DNA of 44,145 nucleotides from assembly GCA_032718475.1 (NCBI GenBank), contig JAUCBJ010000433.1:1-44145 (forward strand), given 5' to 3'. The stretch's first letter is position 1. Every line of letters begins with the position of its first letter. Under the pieces are notes generated by a model that was not told the DNA's origin, made no database searches, and saw only the letters and a program-made list of their open reading frames with translations. This stretch comes from Nemertoderma westbladi (lineage: Eukaryota > Animalia > Xenacoelomorpha). Shown one piece after another: positions 11,198 to 23,670 of this stretch. A program made the position numbers and the translations under genes.

Positions 11198-13719
11198 TCG
11201 ATTTGTTTCAAATTTTGATTTAGAACCTCTCCGTATTACAGGTAATTGCCAAAAGACGCCCTGAAATTCATCCGGTGTTTCTCTTCATACTGTGTGGAGT
11301 TCCGGTGCGTGGCTAATTATACTAACCTACCTATCCTATTTATTCGTACCGAATTAACTATATACTGAATGATAAAAATTGAAATAGATCAACAAAATGA
11401 ATTCATTTCTCTAATTGATAAGTCGAGGACAGGAATAAGAACAATGTTATTTTAGTTTTGTGGACTGAAACGCCCGACAACTGAATTTTATTAGAATCGC
11501 AAACACGTTATCAGAATATATTAACAAAGGACACCAAAGACGATCCCTCTTGTCTGTATTTGTAATTTGTTCAAGCGATTTTTTTCCAGGAAGATTGTTT
11601 CGGATTTCTTATTACGAAGAATGCGGTGCGAGGCATGCAGTGAGTGAAGCTTTTAGCGAAGATTATAAATACAAAAGCGTTCTATATAAGTATTGGAATA
11701 GCTTCCATTCACTCTATATTACGTCATGTTTGAAACTGTTTAGAATGAAGTTTTCTCTTATGATTAAATTTTATTTTACAGCCAATGACATCTCTACATA
11801 ATAAAATATTTATTTATTAGAATTAACCCGCATAAGCATATCATCACCACCGGGACACGGCGTGTTGTCTGCGAGCTTGCTGTCCGATCGAGCGAGTCCG
11901 GTTTCTAATATCAATGAGATTAACCTTGAAAACATAATGAAATAAGCGTTGCACATCAAACAATATGGGTAATATAATGTGTCTTTAGAGATGAGAAAAT
12001 CCGCGCATGCATAAAACAGTGTATACCTACCTGTAAGTAACAGTTCCTTGTGTGGGGGGGGGGGGGGGGGTCAGTCTGATCACTCGCTATGGCAACATGA
12101 TGGTATGAACGATGTACAGACATGGCGGTACTTATATTGTGATTATTAAGTTCTGTGTACTAAACATCAAAGAGTCCAACTTGTCAAATCGTTGGTGTCA
12201 AATTGTCCATATTCATAATGTTTCAAACACCACCACATTACAGTAGAACGCAATAAAATTCTTCCATTCTTGCATTCTTACCATAATTTACACCACGATT
12301 GTGTAATCCTTCTCGCTACAGTTTACTCATCTTATATAACAGGGCGAAATTCCCAAACTAAAGTATACGATCGATATGAGGTAGGCATCTCTCTATGCCT
12401 TGCATTCTTAAATGGTTAATAAATCAGTACTAGAACTTCCTCTTTGGTATATATAGTTCTGCAGCGACCGCAGTTGGAAAAAGTCTTCAGACTTTGTGTG
12501 TAATCCCTGGACTAACGGCCGAAGACCTACCTTTAAGTTCCTACCTTTTTTTTACCAATAACATTTCGGCACTCTCCCTCAAATTCACCTCACAAATTAA
12601 ATGTTTTCTATTGGAACAGAAATTAAAATACGCGCATGTAATCCTACAGGTACCTGAGATGCTGGCTGCGTTACAGAACTTAAATTTTTGCTAATTATTT
12701 GAATTTTTCTAACTTATTTTCTCTTTCAGACGGAAATAACAGGAAGACACCAATTTCCATGACTTCAAATGAAGCCGCGGGAATAAATCTTGGATCTATT
12801 AATTGTAATTGCGATAGAAAATATAACAACTGTGTAGGCGGAATGTGTGTGGGTGTCCTCTCTAAACGGTTTACCCATAAACCTGGCTGCAATGGCCTTC
12901 ATATAATATCCCAATTATATTCACATGGTGAGCTTAAAATAGTAAAGGAGAGAAATAATGTAAGAAAAATGTCGACGTTATCTTGTGTGGGGATGGATTG
13001 AAAAATACATTCTAGGAGTCCATCTCCATTAATGTGCTTCCGATGGTGTTTCCGCTGTTTCATCAATCGGTCAATGAAACGCGAAACATCGGAACCAACT
13101 AGAATCTCCTCTCTAATGGACATTTTTTGTTTTGTAACAAATCGAACAATTGTAGACACACCAATTCATTGAACCACAAAATGGCGGTTCAGAAAAAGTC
13201 CACCGACAAACGATAGTAGGTAGAGACATACAACCGAGAATCCGAGTGAATATTGGAGGACATATAAACGCAAATAAACAGACAACTAAATGTAATATAA
13301 TCGAACCCTAACTACCGAGTACTTGTCTGTTCGCCTATCCAGTGAGCTAAGGCTTCTACATTGTGTGGGTGGACTCCATGTCATTTGATGTTGCAGTTAT
13401 ACAAAATACAGTAGAAGTGAGGCATTACTGGTTCTGGTATTCCTATAATTTTGCATGCGCTGTAATCTAATAGAATTGTATGACCGCAGCTCCAGATTTC
13501 CAACCAGGAAGTTTTTTATTATTAAATTGAACTAAAATAACATTGAAACTTAAAATCGCAGCATCGCAAGTATTGCAAATAATGAATAATACAATTTCAG
13601 AAATCTTGGGTTGGGGGTTGTTATAATAGCAGTTGGATAATCAATAGCTAAACCAGTGTGGCTAAAATATTTTAGTGCCTCTAGTTGTTTTACAGTAGGT
13701 TCTCGTTCTAGTAATTAAT

Positions 13720-13915
13720 TAGAAGACCGTTAGGGCTTATTGCTGTAATCTGTTTCTTTGTTTGTCTGTGTGTATGAAAAATGATCGAGTTCTCAAGATA
13801 TCATCATATTACATTTAATTATAAGACCGTTAGGGCTTACTTGTTGAGAGGTCAAGAATATGTGCCGCTATAACTCTGTCAAACTGTCCTTCTTAGGGTC
13901 TGACGGTCTTTTTAT
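13720..13915. mobile_element. Possible Helentron/DINE-1-like non-autonomous element
   Basis: aagaccgttagggctta occurs twice, inverted as tctgacggtctt near 13900; tgtt/gtct simple repeat follows the first motif. Confidence 0.4.
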
Positions 13916-15483
13916 AGCCAGATAGCCGGCTCTCTAGTTAAATATTATTAAATATTAATTAACCGAGAGACCGTCTAAGACACCCTACAACTAAAATCGA
14001 CAAGCTTCCTCTCTACAAGTACAAAAACAAACGTTTATTAATTCCTGTTTGGTGCTCCTCCACTTATTCATTATTCAGTTCCGGTACTGGTATTCACACA
14101 TAAATGACTGACTGGCAGTAGGCAGTCATGTGCCTTTCAGATTTAGCCATTTTGTGCGTTTATAGTAAATAAATCTTAGTATAATGTTTTACCAATCGCG
14201 TTAAATTACACATAAAAGTATGAATGAATATAGTTCCAACAAAACTGTAAGAATTGTACAGTTCCGTTCTGTGGCATGAGCTGTCATCTAAGCCCGATTT
14301 CATTAAACCGATGCAACAATAATAGTTAGAAGCTAAACAATTAATAGTAATACTTACCTTATAATGGAAGTAAATTCTTTTAGAGTCCAGCGGAATTCTT
14401 CAACAAATTGCGATAAATTATATTAATCGTTACATATGACACCAGATTCATTATTTAGTTCGTCAGTTGGAATTTAGAAAAATCTTTATAAATTATGTAA
14501 AGGCTTGAATTAAAACAGATTAAAAACAGGACTGAAAATGTAAAATAATAACCTCGATTTGTTTAGCACAACATGGCGAAATATTTTCATGAATAAAAAA
14601 GTTCCACCAACCACGAAATATGTAGTTCAGAATGGAACGCGATTAACCAATCAGAGTCCAGACAATCTCGAAGCGGGAATGTGCCTTGCAGGAGTGAAGC
14701 ATAAGCCTACTGCAGTAGCAGGGAGGTTGAACCTTATAAAGTTTGGAAACAAAATTACAATATAAGTGAAATTTTATTAAAAACAACTCAATGTTTCCGA
14801 TATAAGTGTTCCATGAAAGCATCAAAATCCTCCCAATGAAACGCAGTGAAACTTATGACAACATTACTGTCATTGACTCCTAGAATATTAACTTATACCT
14901 TACAATTTATTGATATATGATTATAATTGATGGTATAAATACTATTCTAGAATTCGATGATATTATCCAATTGAACGAATGAATTTATTAAAAATTATTA
15001 TTCTCTAAAACTTATTCTGAAATATGCAATTAAATACCCCGTAAGCAGGACCAAACAGTAAATTTAATTTCTACAATTTCTTTCAAATAGCCGATACGGG
15101 ATTTACTCAATCTGCTTATCTAGATTGGAATCATGTAATTTTTAGGTTTTCCCTGCCGACTCTCGATGACCGACCACTGACTGTCAGGTGTTTTATAAGA
15201 ATTGGACTTATCGATATCAATTATGGATGTAGTTTTATTGGATAGGTCCCAGGAGATGTGAGACGGACAACCTAGTTTCGGGTCAAATAAACAAAAAATA
15301 TGGTGGGATTTACAATATTTTATTATTTTAATTATTACTTACTCCGTTGTTTCTGTTATTAACATTAAATAAATTTCACATCAAATTCTCACATTAAATA
15401 ATCTTTTTAGATCCATAAAGATATTACAGTCCGACGAAAGCTACATTATTGCCATAGTAAATCACATATCAGTATACAATAGT

Positions 15484-15737
15484 TTACTGCGAAATATTGA
15501 AAATCAACATCACAAAAACATAAAGAATAATTCCATTAGTATCCGTAACAGTCCGGGTTGTTCCTGAGAATGCAAATGAATTACATTGGTCGACCCGGCA
15601 ACACGCCAAACACTCGTATCCAATAGCGTTTCCGTTCTTGTCGAAGGTCTCATAGCAACGAGTGACGTCAACAGTCCCCTCGTGCACAACGTAATGGTCA
15701 GTACAGATACCACCGCACTGTCTGTAGTAGACGACAC
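15484..15737 (-). CDS. Terminal exon of a Ly6/uPAR (three-finger, quiver/sleepless-like) GPI-anchored protein, copy 1; 5' boundary uncertain
   Basis: VVYYRQCGGICT...CYE...CLACCRVDQCN, then a small-residue spacer and hydrophobic C-terminal tail (IILYVFVMLIF); CCxxDxCN is the LU-domain C-terminal signature. Confidence 0.75.
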
Positions 15738-16123
15738 GTTTGTGGGGCCTTCGCGCAGCATGAAGCCCAGTTATGAGATACAAATTAAAATTGTACGACT
15801 GTATCAGAAAATCAGGTTATGAGAGATTAACCCACACCACCAATTAATCAAAGAAAGGGGGACAGTACGTGTTCACCCCTTTTAATCTGCACCCCCCCCC
15901 CCCCCCTCCCCCCACCCACCAATACATAACCGCGACATCTACCACCCACGGAAGGGTAGCACGAACTTATATCCAAACGCACGTTCAATATGCAAAGCCA
16001 GGTGGTTTATAGGAATATAATCAATGCAGTACTCGTCTTCATTATAAGCCTCTTTGCGTTCGACCTGTTTTGTATTAAAATATATTTATTAAACACAGGC
16101 TGACGCTCATTATAATAATAATA

Positions 16124-16465
16124 CCTAGGGATGCCAGCTTCCAGACTTTCAATCTTTACTGCCGCGCAAACCCCGCAGAGGAAGTTTTGGTTTGAGAGAT
16201 CAAGCCCATCGGCAATTGGTGTTTCAATTTCGGTCCAGGAACTCTGACAATGGGAGCATTCAATCTTAGCTGTGGTCCATTCCCGTGGTTTCCGCTTCCT
16301 TTTCTTCGTCCCAATGACAGATTATTCTGAAGACGTTTGATTCGCTATCAGTTTATTGTTGGCGTTTGTGTTTTGAAGTTGTATTCGAGTGGACAGTCGC
16401 GCCGGTTTCGAGGTAACCATACCGACCTGTGATAAGCGTTGGTTTTGTTGAGTACCGGTATTCAT
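16124..16465 (-). pseudogene. Degraded N-terminus of a LINE ORF1-like zinc-finger protein
   Basis: Manual translation MNTG...TSSE*SVIGTKKRKRKPREWTTAKIECSHC...FLCGVCAAVKIESLE: basic patch, CxxC..CxxC, then the start of a possible coiled coil; one internal stop. Confidence 0.45.
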
Positions 16466-17124
16466 CTTCTCTCACCTCTTCAATGTCAGATGTTGCAAAT
16501 ACTGATAACACGAATAACGGTATATATTTCAATACTTGTCAATAGTAATATATATAATTTAGATAACTATTTTATATCTGTAGGCCTACTGTTGAGCAAA
16601 CTCTACATAAATTCCAACCTGTGTATCGCCAGTAGTGCTGTTGCTGTGCAAGAGCTGAAGTGCTAGTTGCCACCAGTCAGCCAGTACCGGTAGTAGGGTG
16701 GTACCTACGGTGCGCACTACAACGGCAGTACAGCAATACGGTGTACCGTGCCAATGACTGAATGATTAGCGGTAACTATCTAAACTATTATATTATTATT
16801 ACCGGTGCCGGTACTGGGCTAATTAGGCCTAAACTATAATCACCGCAAGGGTTGCCGGGGCCATGTTTAATTAGATTACATGATATGGCATGTCTGCAGT
16901 GTATGGTACCGGCTGACCAGTGTTGCTGTATTGACTGACTGCAGGATTCTCGATTCAGGGATTGAGTACAGCCTAACAGTACCGGTACATGTAGATTGGC
17001 CGACAGCCCCAATGTATTGCAAAATTTGTCAGAAACCCAGCTGATTTATCCTACAGTAATAATAATTTAACGCATTTTAATTTTGGATAAATAAATTTAT
17101 TATAACTGCAATAACAGTTACACT

Positions 17125-17360
17125 GATGCTGCACGAAGGCCCCACGCAAATTCTACTTGGAAAATTTTCAAACTTTTGCCAAACAACATGTGTACCAAGT
17201 TTGGATAGATTTCATCAAGGATTGGCCGAGTTATTAACGTTTAAAATAAAATACTGAAAAAAAACGCGACAGAACGACAGAACGACAGGTTGATTTGTGG
17301 TACCCCTACGCTAAGGCTCACTCACTTCGTGGCTCGCCCCACAGTCACCTCTCCGCTAGT
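17125..17360. mobile_element. Possible Helentron-like (HINE/DINE-type) non-autonomous element
   Basis: gatgctgcacgaaggcccca end, gacagaac tandem repeats and a terminal hairpin-like gctcactcacttcgtggctcgcc; a related end motif lies on the minus strand at about 15740-15770. Confidence 0.4.
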
Positions 17361-18338
17361 GGCGTTCAGAGTTCCACGTTTACCGACCTGGGAATTATTA
17401 GTTATTCAATATTTATTCACTATAAACATGCAGTTGTTACATATGCAATGCATAATGGTGTATATGTATGTATGTATCTATGTATGTACGTATATTTAAT
17501 TATTACTAAACCTAATGAACAGGTCCACTCAAATTATTAGCACAATTTCAAATAACCACCACCAAGCAGAACCATATATACTGTACAATATAAACTAGGT
17601 TCAGTAACAAAACAATACCAAAGTAACTAATGGTTAACACCCAGCACCGTCAACCACCTATCAATTAAAACAGATTCATTACCACGGGCGTAGCAAACAA
17701 CTACAAGACAATTACTGGAAAGTTTTAGACGAGACATTAAAGAAAACGTAAGGGCCACCCTTTGAAATTTACCCCTTCATGGGTCTAACCAGGTTCAATT
17801 AATTATTGTGATCTTCTGATTAACTCGATTCAACATATTGTTTTTTATATAATTTTTTTATTCCAAAATTGTAACATTACTCAACGCCGTTAGTAACAGC
17901 GAGTTGTTACTTTACAACATTTTGAGTAAATTACAGCATTGAATTGGCCTGTACATTTAGTATTGTATTTGGTCTTATTGATTACACGTGGTAACCATTG
18001 ACTGCGTTAAGTAATGTCCACTAAGGGTACATTACTTAACGCCGTCATGGGTTACCATAGGTAAACAATAGGTGTAAATTTGCCTCACAGCCAGATATGC
18101 CTACTGCATTACCTACCAGTAGGCGGGGTATAGCTATTAATAACCAGAAGGACCTAGCTATATTATTATAAATTGGCTCCAAACGAAACCATAAATATAA
18201 GCTAACTTATTTATAACATAATTTATGTCATTTTTACATTTATTTATACAGCAACTAATATAATTTGTACAGTTTCTATCACTTATAATGTATATGTACA
18301 ATCATTTGGCAATGTTAAAATTTTGGAATAAAACTACA

Positions 18339-18610
18339 TACATACTTGTTGCAAAGTACTTTACAGTGTTCTGAAACTCGTGGCTTTATTTTCACTCACT
18401 CACTAACGTTCGTTCGTGTACCAAAGCCAATCGGATCATCACACTGTAAAGTGCTACTTTACACACAAGTATGTAAATAGTTATTACAGTGTTCTGATCC
18501 TCGTGGCTTTATTTTCACCCACTCACTAACGTTCGTTTGTGTATCACTGCCACTCGGATCATCACACTGTAAAGTGCTACTTTACACACAAGTATGTAAA
18601 TAGTTATTAC
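18339..18610. mobile_element. Foldback MITE-like element with tandem partial duplication
   Basis: tacatacttgt..aaagtactttacagtg ... cactgtaaagtgctacttt..acaagtatgta inverted arms; ~128-bp segment repeated (about 18361-18488 and 18484-18610). Confidence 0.75.
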
Positions 18611-19627
18611 ACATACTGTATTAGGCCAACACATATTACACATACATTTTCCTGAAGTTTTACTCAATTTTTACCTTTTTTATTATTTTATTCATTTTAA
18701 ACCTTTTATACCTTTGAAATTTTTACTTTTTCTTGCTCTTACTTTAATTATATTAGGGTCATCTTTCATTATCCAGACTTCTTTGTTCTTTATGGCTGTA
18801 TTTCGTTTTTCATTTCTTTTTTAATAATTAATCGCCACTAATTTTATCAGGTGTTGAATAATTGTTTTTGTGTGTTGGAAAATTTATTTTGGTGTTTGAA
18901 TTATTTTATTTGGGGTGACTTAGAATTACCTAAGAAAGGAGACCTCGGTATACCAACAAACTATCGTGGGATCTGTCTGCTTGTGGTAGCTGCCAAAATA
19001 TACAACAAAATGATTCTATATAGGATTAGGCCTCACATAGAGAAACTATACTGCGTAAGAGCCAAAACGGATTTCGACCAAGTAGATCAACAATATCTCA
19101 GATACTTGCACTCCGGATACTGATTGAAGGAATTAAGTCAAAGAATCTCCCCGCAGTCATGACTTTTGTGGACTTCAAGAAGGCATTCGACTCCATCCAT
19201 GGAGGTAAAATGCTTGAAATCCTAAGAGCTTATGGAATACCAGATGTAATCGTTGATGGCATTGGATTGTTAAATTGTGACACAGAAGCGCAGGTACTCT
19301 CACCAGATGGTGAAACTGAGTTTTTCTCAATCCTGGCTGGCGTACTGCAAGGTGACACATTAGCACCATTACTATTTGTAATTGTACTGTATTACGCAAT
19401 GAGGACGGCCACAAAGGGTGAAGATCTGGGATTCACACTTCAAGAACGCAGAAGTAGTAGATATCCGGCAACTACAGTCACAGACACCGACTTTGCGGAT
19501 GACATCGCATCGCCCTGCTCTCTATACGCAAGCAGATGCACGAGCTTCTACTAAATAAAGTGGTGAGGGCTGCTAAGGAGGTTGGATTGCATATAAATGC
19601 TACCAAGACCGAATTCATGACCTTTAA

Positions 19628-20964
19628 CATGTCCTTTAACATTCTACGCATGTCCTTAGATCATTATAATGATGATGGGGTGATGATAACTCCACCTACT
19701 GGCTCCAGAAGTCGAGGAACTCCTGCCAAGTACCTAACTGATCTAGACTTTGCTGATGACTTAGGAGTACTCTCAGAATCATTAGAGGGAGCCCAACGGC
19801 TCCTCAGCTCATTAGAACATGCTGTACAAAATATTATTTCATTGTGTATTTTGTTATATAAGAAAACGTTTGTTTTTGAATATCGCTCTTCTTTTAAGTT
19901 ATTTTTAGTATGACGTAAGTAATTATCCGATTACAGTCATTCTGATATAAAGTGGGTACCGGTTTATCTTATTGTTATTCTTTTAACTTGCTTATGACTA
20001 CGTTGATTTCTACTGTGTATGTCATGGTGTCAGTAAATATGCCTAAACATGTATGTCTGCTGTACCCTTAGTTAAATAAAAGAATCAGGAAGTATCTTTA
20101 CTTAACCCCTTATTATAAATCGCTCTCCCAAATGCTATCAAACACATACGCGGTAACAACAAACCATTGCGTTTATTTTAAGTCCGGAAATCGCAACTAC
20201 CCTATGTTAGTTCGGGACAGCTTCTAGTGTTGGTCTTTTTATTAACTCCAGAAAGACCAAAATTCTGACAGTTAACTTTGAAAGTCCTCAGCAAGTCTCT
20301 GATCGGATGAGCATAAGCTCAAAGGATGGTATGCTTGAGCATGTGGACGACTTCTGTTACCTGGGATCATGGATCCGGAAGTCAGGTGAGGACCTTCGAA
20401 TACGTAAGGGAAAGGCATGGGCAGCCTTGAATAGGCTTTCCAGGATTTGGAAGTCACCGAGAATTATTCGGAAACTTAAGGTCCGATTATTTAGAGCAGC
20501 AGTAGTTCCAGTACTCCTCTACGGGAGTCCATGCTGGGCTCTAACTGCTGAGGACACCAAATCTCTGGATGGCACATTCACAAGAATGCTACGCCGGGTT
20601 CATTGTGTCAAGTACAATGCACACATCTCCAACCAGACACTATATAACATTGGAGGTGTCTCATTGGTTCCCCCTAGCTTGACACTAGAACAAAATCGCC
20701 TCCGCTTTGCAGGACATTGCTTTCGCCGTGAGGACCAGCCAGTGCATAATCTTGTACTTTGGCAGCCTCATGGAGTGAATAAGCATGGTGGACAGCCCAT
20801 GACTTTCTTGAGACGCATCTTAAAGGACACTGGCCTTAAAGATGCGGATGATCTAGCAAATGTCATGGGTGATAGGGAGTTGTGGCGGTGCAATTTTGTT
20901 GACAAGCCGGCACAGCATTCTTAAAAATGCAGCTGCAATGCAGCATGCCGATCCTAGTAGTAGT
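19628..20964 (+). mobile_element. 5'-truncated RTE family B copy nested in family A, with 11-bp TSD
   Basis: TSD atgacctttaa at 19617-19627 and 20965-20975; LDFADDL; ORF 20307-20924 nearly identical to 2473-3132; tagtagtagt tail. Confidence 0.93.
19823..20219. mobile_element. ~396-bp insertion inside RTE family B; TGT...ACA ends, possibly solo-LTR-like
   Basis: Absent from the copy at 2421 (acatgctgcttctag); contains tataaa and aataaa; no 4-6-bp TSD. Confidence 0.55.
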
Positions 20965-21801
20965 ATGACCTTTAATGTTGATGGAAACTTGACAACAATT
21001 GATAATAATCAACTAAGGAAGGTCGATGACTTCCAGTACCTTGGATCATGGATAGAGAGTAGCAAAAAGGACATAGAAGTTGAGAAAGCAAAGGCTTGGG
21101 TAGCTCTATCAAAAATGAATACCATCTGGAAATCGTATCTCTCCAGGCACCTGAAGACTAAGTTCTTTCGAGCCACAGTTGAAAGTGTATTTTTATACGG
21201 GGGTGAGACCTGGACACTGACTAAATCACTTGAACAACGAATTGATGGTTGCTACACAAGACTACTAAGGGCAGCCCTAAACATCAGCTGGAGACAACAC
21301 ATGACAAACGCCGAGCTTTATGGTACAATACCACCTGTATCAACCACCCTCCGTGTACGCAGATTAAGATTCATTGGGCACTGCTGGCGAAGTAAAGACG
21401 AGGTCATACCAGATCTAATTTTCTGGCAACCAACTCATGGAAAGCGTAGTCGTGGACGACCGGCCATAACATATATAGATCAACTTGAAAGGGATACTGA
21501 ACTTGGGAGAAACGAAATTGCGACAACTATGGAGAATCGGGAAGCCTGGAAGGATCTCATTTCCACTGTCCGAGTTCGCTCGACCTAGTAGTAGTAGTAG
21601 TAGTAGTACTCCAACAACACTCCTAAGTTTAATTTTCTTTATTATTATTATTATATTAGTTTAATTTGCATTTTATTATTATTTATTTACGAGCATAGCT
21701 TCAGTTACGGGTCTCTTAACATTAATAATTGTTTAACAAAACGTGTAAAATATTTTACCTCACACATTCTATCCTGCCATGTTATAAACACTGCCATTAT
21801 A

Positions 21802-22142
21802 GACAGAAAAAATCGCTCTGATTGGCTCAAGCCAAACAAAGAACTATGCGTCCAATGGCTGTTTCCATGTCAGCAACCAGCTGTTAGATGTCGTAATATG
21901 AATCATCACGGCTAAGCTGTGAAAGGTAGTTGGTGCATTACAGGTTTTTTGCCTTACCATGTCCGCCAAAACACGTATATAGCAGAATGACTTTTATGTC
22001 CGTTAAAACACCTGTAACGGTACCTTGCGGGCGAGGGGAATATATATACAGTTAGAGAACCTTTTTAGAGTATTCCAGCGCCTGGGGGGAAACTGGATTG
22101 CGAAGCAAAAGGGGCCAGTTATATCCCACAGAAGCTTTTACA
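21802..22142 (-). repeat. 3' LTR (outer end truncated)
   Basis: 21802-22124 matches 32540-32862; minus strand begins TGTAAAAGCT at 22142, right after a purine tract. Confidence 0.85.
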
Positions 22143-22150
22143 CCGCTCCC
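22143..22150 (-). promoter_or_regulatory. Polypurine-tract-like plus-strand priming site
   Basis: Minus strand reads GGGAGCGG|TGTAAAAGC at the LTR junction. Confidence 0.6.
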
Positions 22151-22220
22151 AGAAAATGGGTTTTGAGTCTATAAATATACAAAAATCACAGTTTCTAATA
22201 TACGTAAATACTCTAAACAG

Positions 22221-23670
22221 TTAGTCTTTCTTGCGCGGACGGCGTTTACGCAGTTTTTTAAAGCTAGCAAGAGTCCTTTTCTCTTTGGGGCGAGCCACTT
22301 TACGAGGAGGGCTATAACTCCTGGGTGAAGGGTGCAATATGATTGCATCAGAAGGTATGGGATTGCGATCGGTATATCCGCCGGTCGAAGTACCGGGTTG
22401 ATTGACATCAACGTCCGGGGAGAGGGGTCTAACGGCTTTGAGAGCTCGTTTCAAGACAGCCGCTCTTACGGGTCCTTTACGAGTGGTCTGAACGAGGGCC
22501 GTGGGTGGACCATAGGCAGTTAGAAACTTCCTTGGTTTAATGGTTCTTTCCAACTCGCGTTCGCGGGCTCTGTACTCGTAAGGCCGTCGATATACTTCCT
22601 GTAACTCAGGGTGTGAGTTGACAAATAAGTCTCCATAGGCCGGATCTTGACGGATAAAGTTTATTAAGTTATACGAATTGATGTCACTCGGATTAATGCT
22701 CCTGAGGAATTTGCGTACATATTTGGTTGAAATACATTCTCCAACGCGCTTCAATAGTTCATAACTTGATAGGCGCGATTTCTGCTCGACGGAGGCAAAC
22801 AAATATGGATGGAACGCATAAACTCCTTCGTAGGCGCGTCCAGGATAATAGCGATGGCGTGAATCACAATGTAAATCAGCGTTCGCTTCCCAAGCTCTGA
22901 TATAATGTAGTACAATCATTTCATCTACGCTCTCTAAATCATGGTTAAAGGGACAATCAAAGCTGGCGTGTCCTTTTAATTGACAATGATGGCATTGAGT
23001 CATAAATTGGGGGCAGACAGCAAAAATGTGCAAATTATTAAGCCGACAATATGCACAATAGATTTTCGTCGACGGTTGCTCGTGGAAATAGGAACAAAGA
23101 TCGTTGGTGTCCATAGACGTAATATGGTCTCTCGATGCGCACAGCCGACAACGTTGTCTAGAAACATAATTGGCATGGCGATAATCATACGCAGTAAGAC
23201 ACTGTGGACCTTGATACCATTCTAGGCTGTAATCGTAGTCGCTGTTCCGAGCGCGATAGGCTGAATCTCCTCAGATTCTAGGCATATTGGTTCGTCTTCC
23301 CAGTCTGTTACGAATAGAATTTTCGTGATCTATTCTCGGTTTATCGTTACGACTCCGCTGGGTATGATATTTAAATAGAACCATTTCCCTTTAGGGTGTC
23401 TACATCGTCCTTATCATGTAAATCGATAGGATGGCCGGTAGTTAAGAAGTCCATACACGTACCATTACGATGTGTATAGCGAGCGGTTAATTTTCGATAG
23501 TCCAATTCACGCGTAAGTTGCTCTTGGGACATCGGCGGTTCGATATAACGACCATCGTCCTCCGTAATAGTCGGATCGGCTTCACCGCGTATCAAGCTAT
23601 CCACAAACGCTTGTAAAGGTAGAGTATATCGCTCTCTAATACCAAGGTCATCTTCTATTAATTCCGTCAT
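22221..23670 (-). pseudogene. Extra 3' ORF of the BEL element, ~482 aa when repaired; Cys/His zinc-knuckle protein with a basic C-terminus
   Basis: ORFs 23371-23670 and 22221-23114 join after removing one base at 23390-23392 and reading through a TGA at 23271-23273; motifs CRLC..RDH, CAYC...H...C, CHHCQLKGHASFDC. Confidence 0.7.

Larger units (their letters stand above)
14834..18165. repeat. Segmental duplication copy 1 (paralogous to 33712-34968; 15738-17789 is absent from copy 2)
   Basis: 14834-15737 aligns with 33712-34596 and about 17790-18165 aligns with about 34600-34968, at high identity by eye. Confidence 0.93.
18924..21608 (+). mobile_element. 5'-truncated RTE-clade LINE (family A), RT domain with frameshifts, interrupted by RTE family B
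   Basis: PKKGDL...NYRGI, FVDFKKAFDSI, GVLQGDTLAP, DFADDI; resumes at 20965 with FQYLGS, LYGGETWTLT, RLRFIGH, RGRP; stop codon followed by (TAG)n tail. Confidence 0.93.

Noticed and set aside
12695-13159. Degenerate hAT transposase fragment (IVRFV...IREE)
   Set aside because: Only a short motif resemblance, with no catalytic motifs and multiple stops; needs an HMM search.
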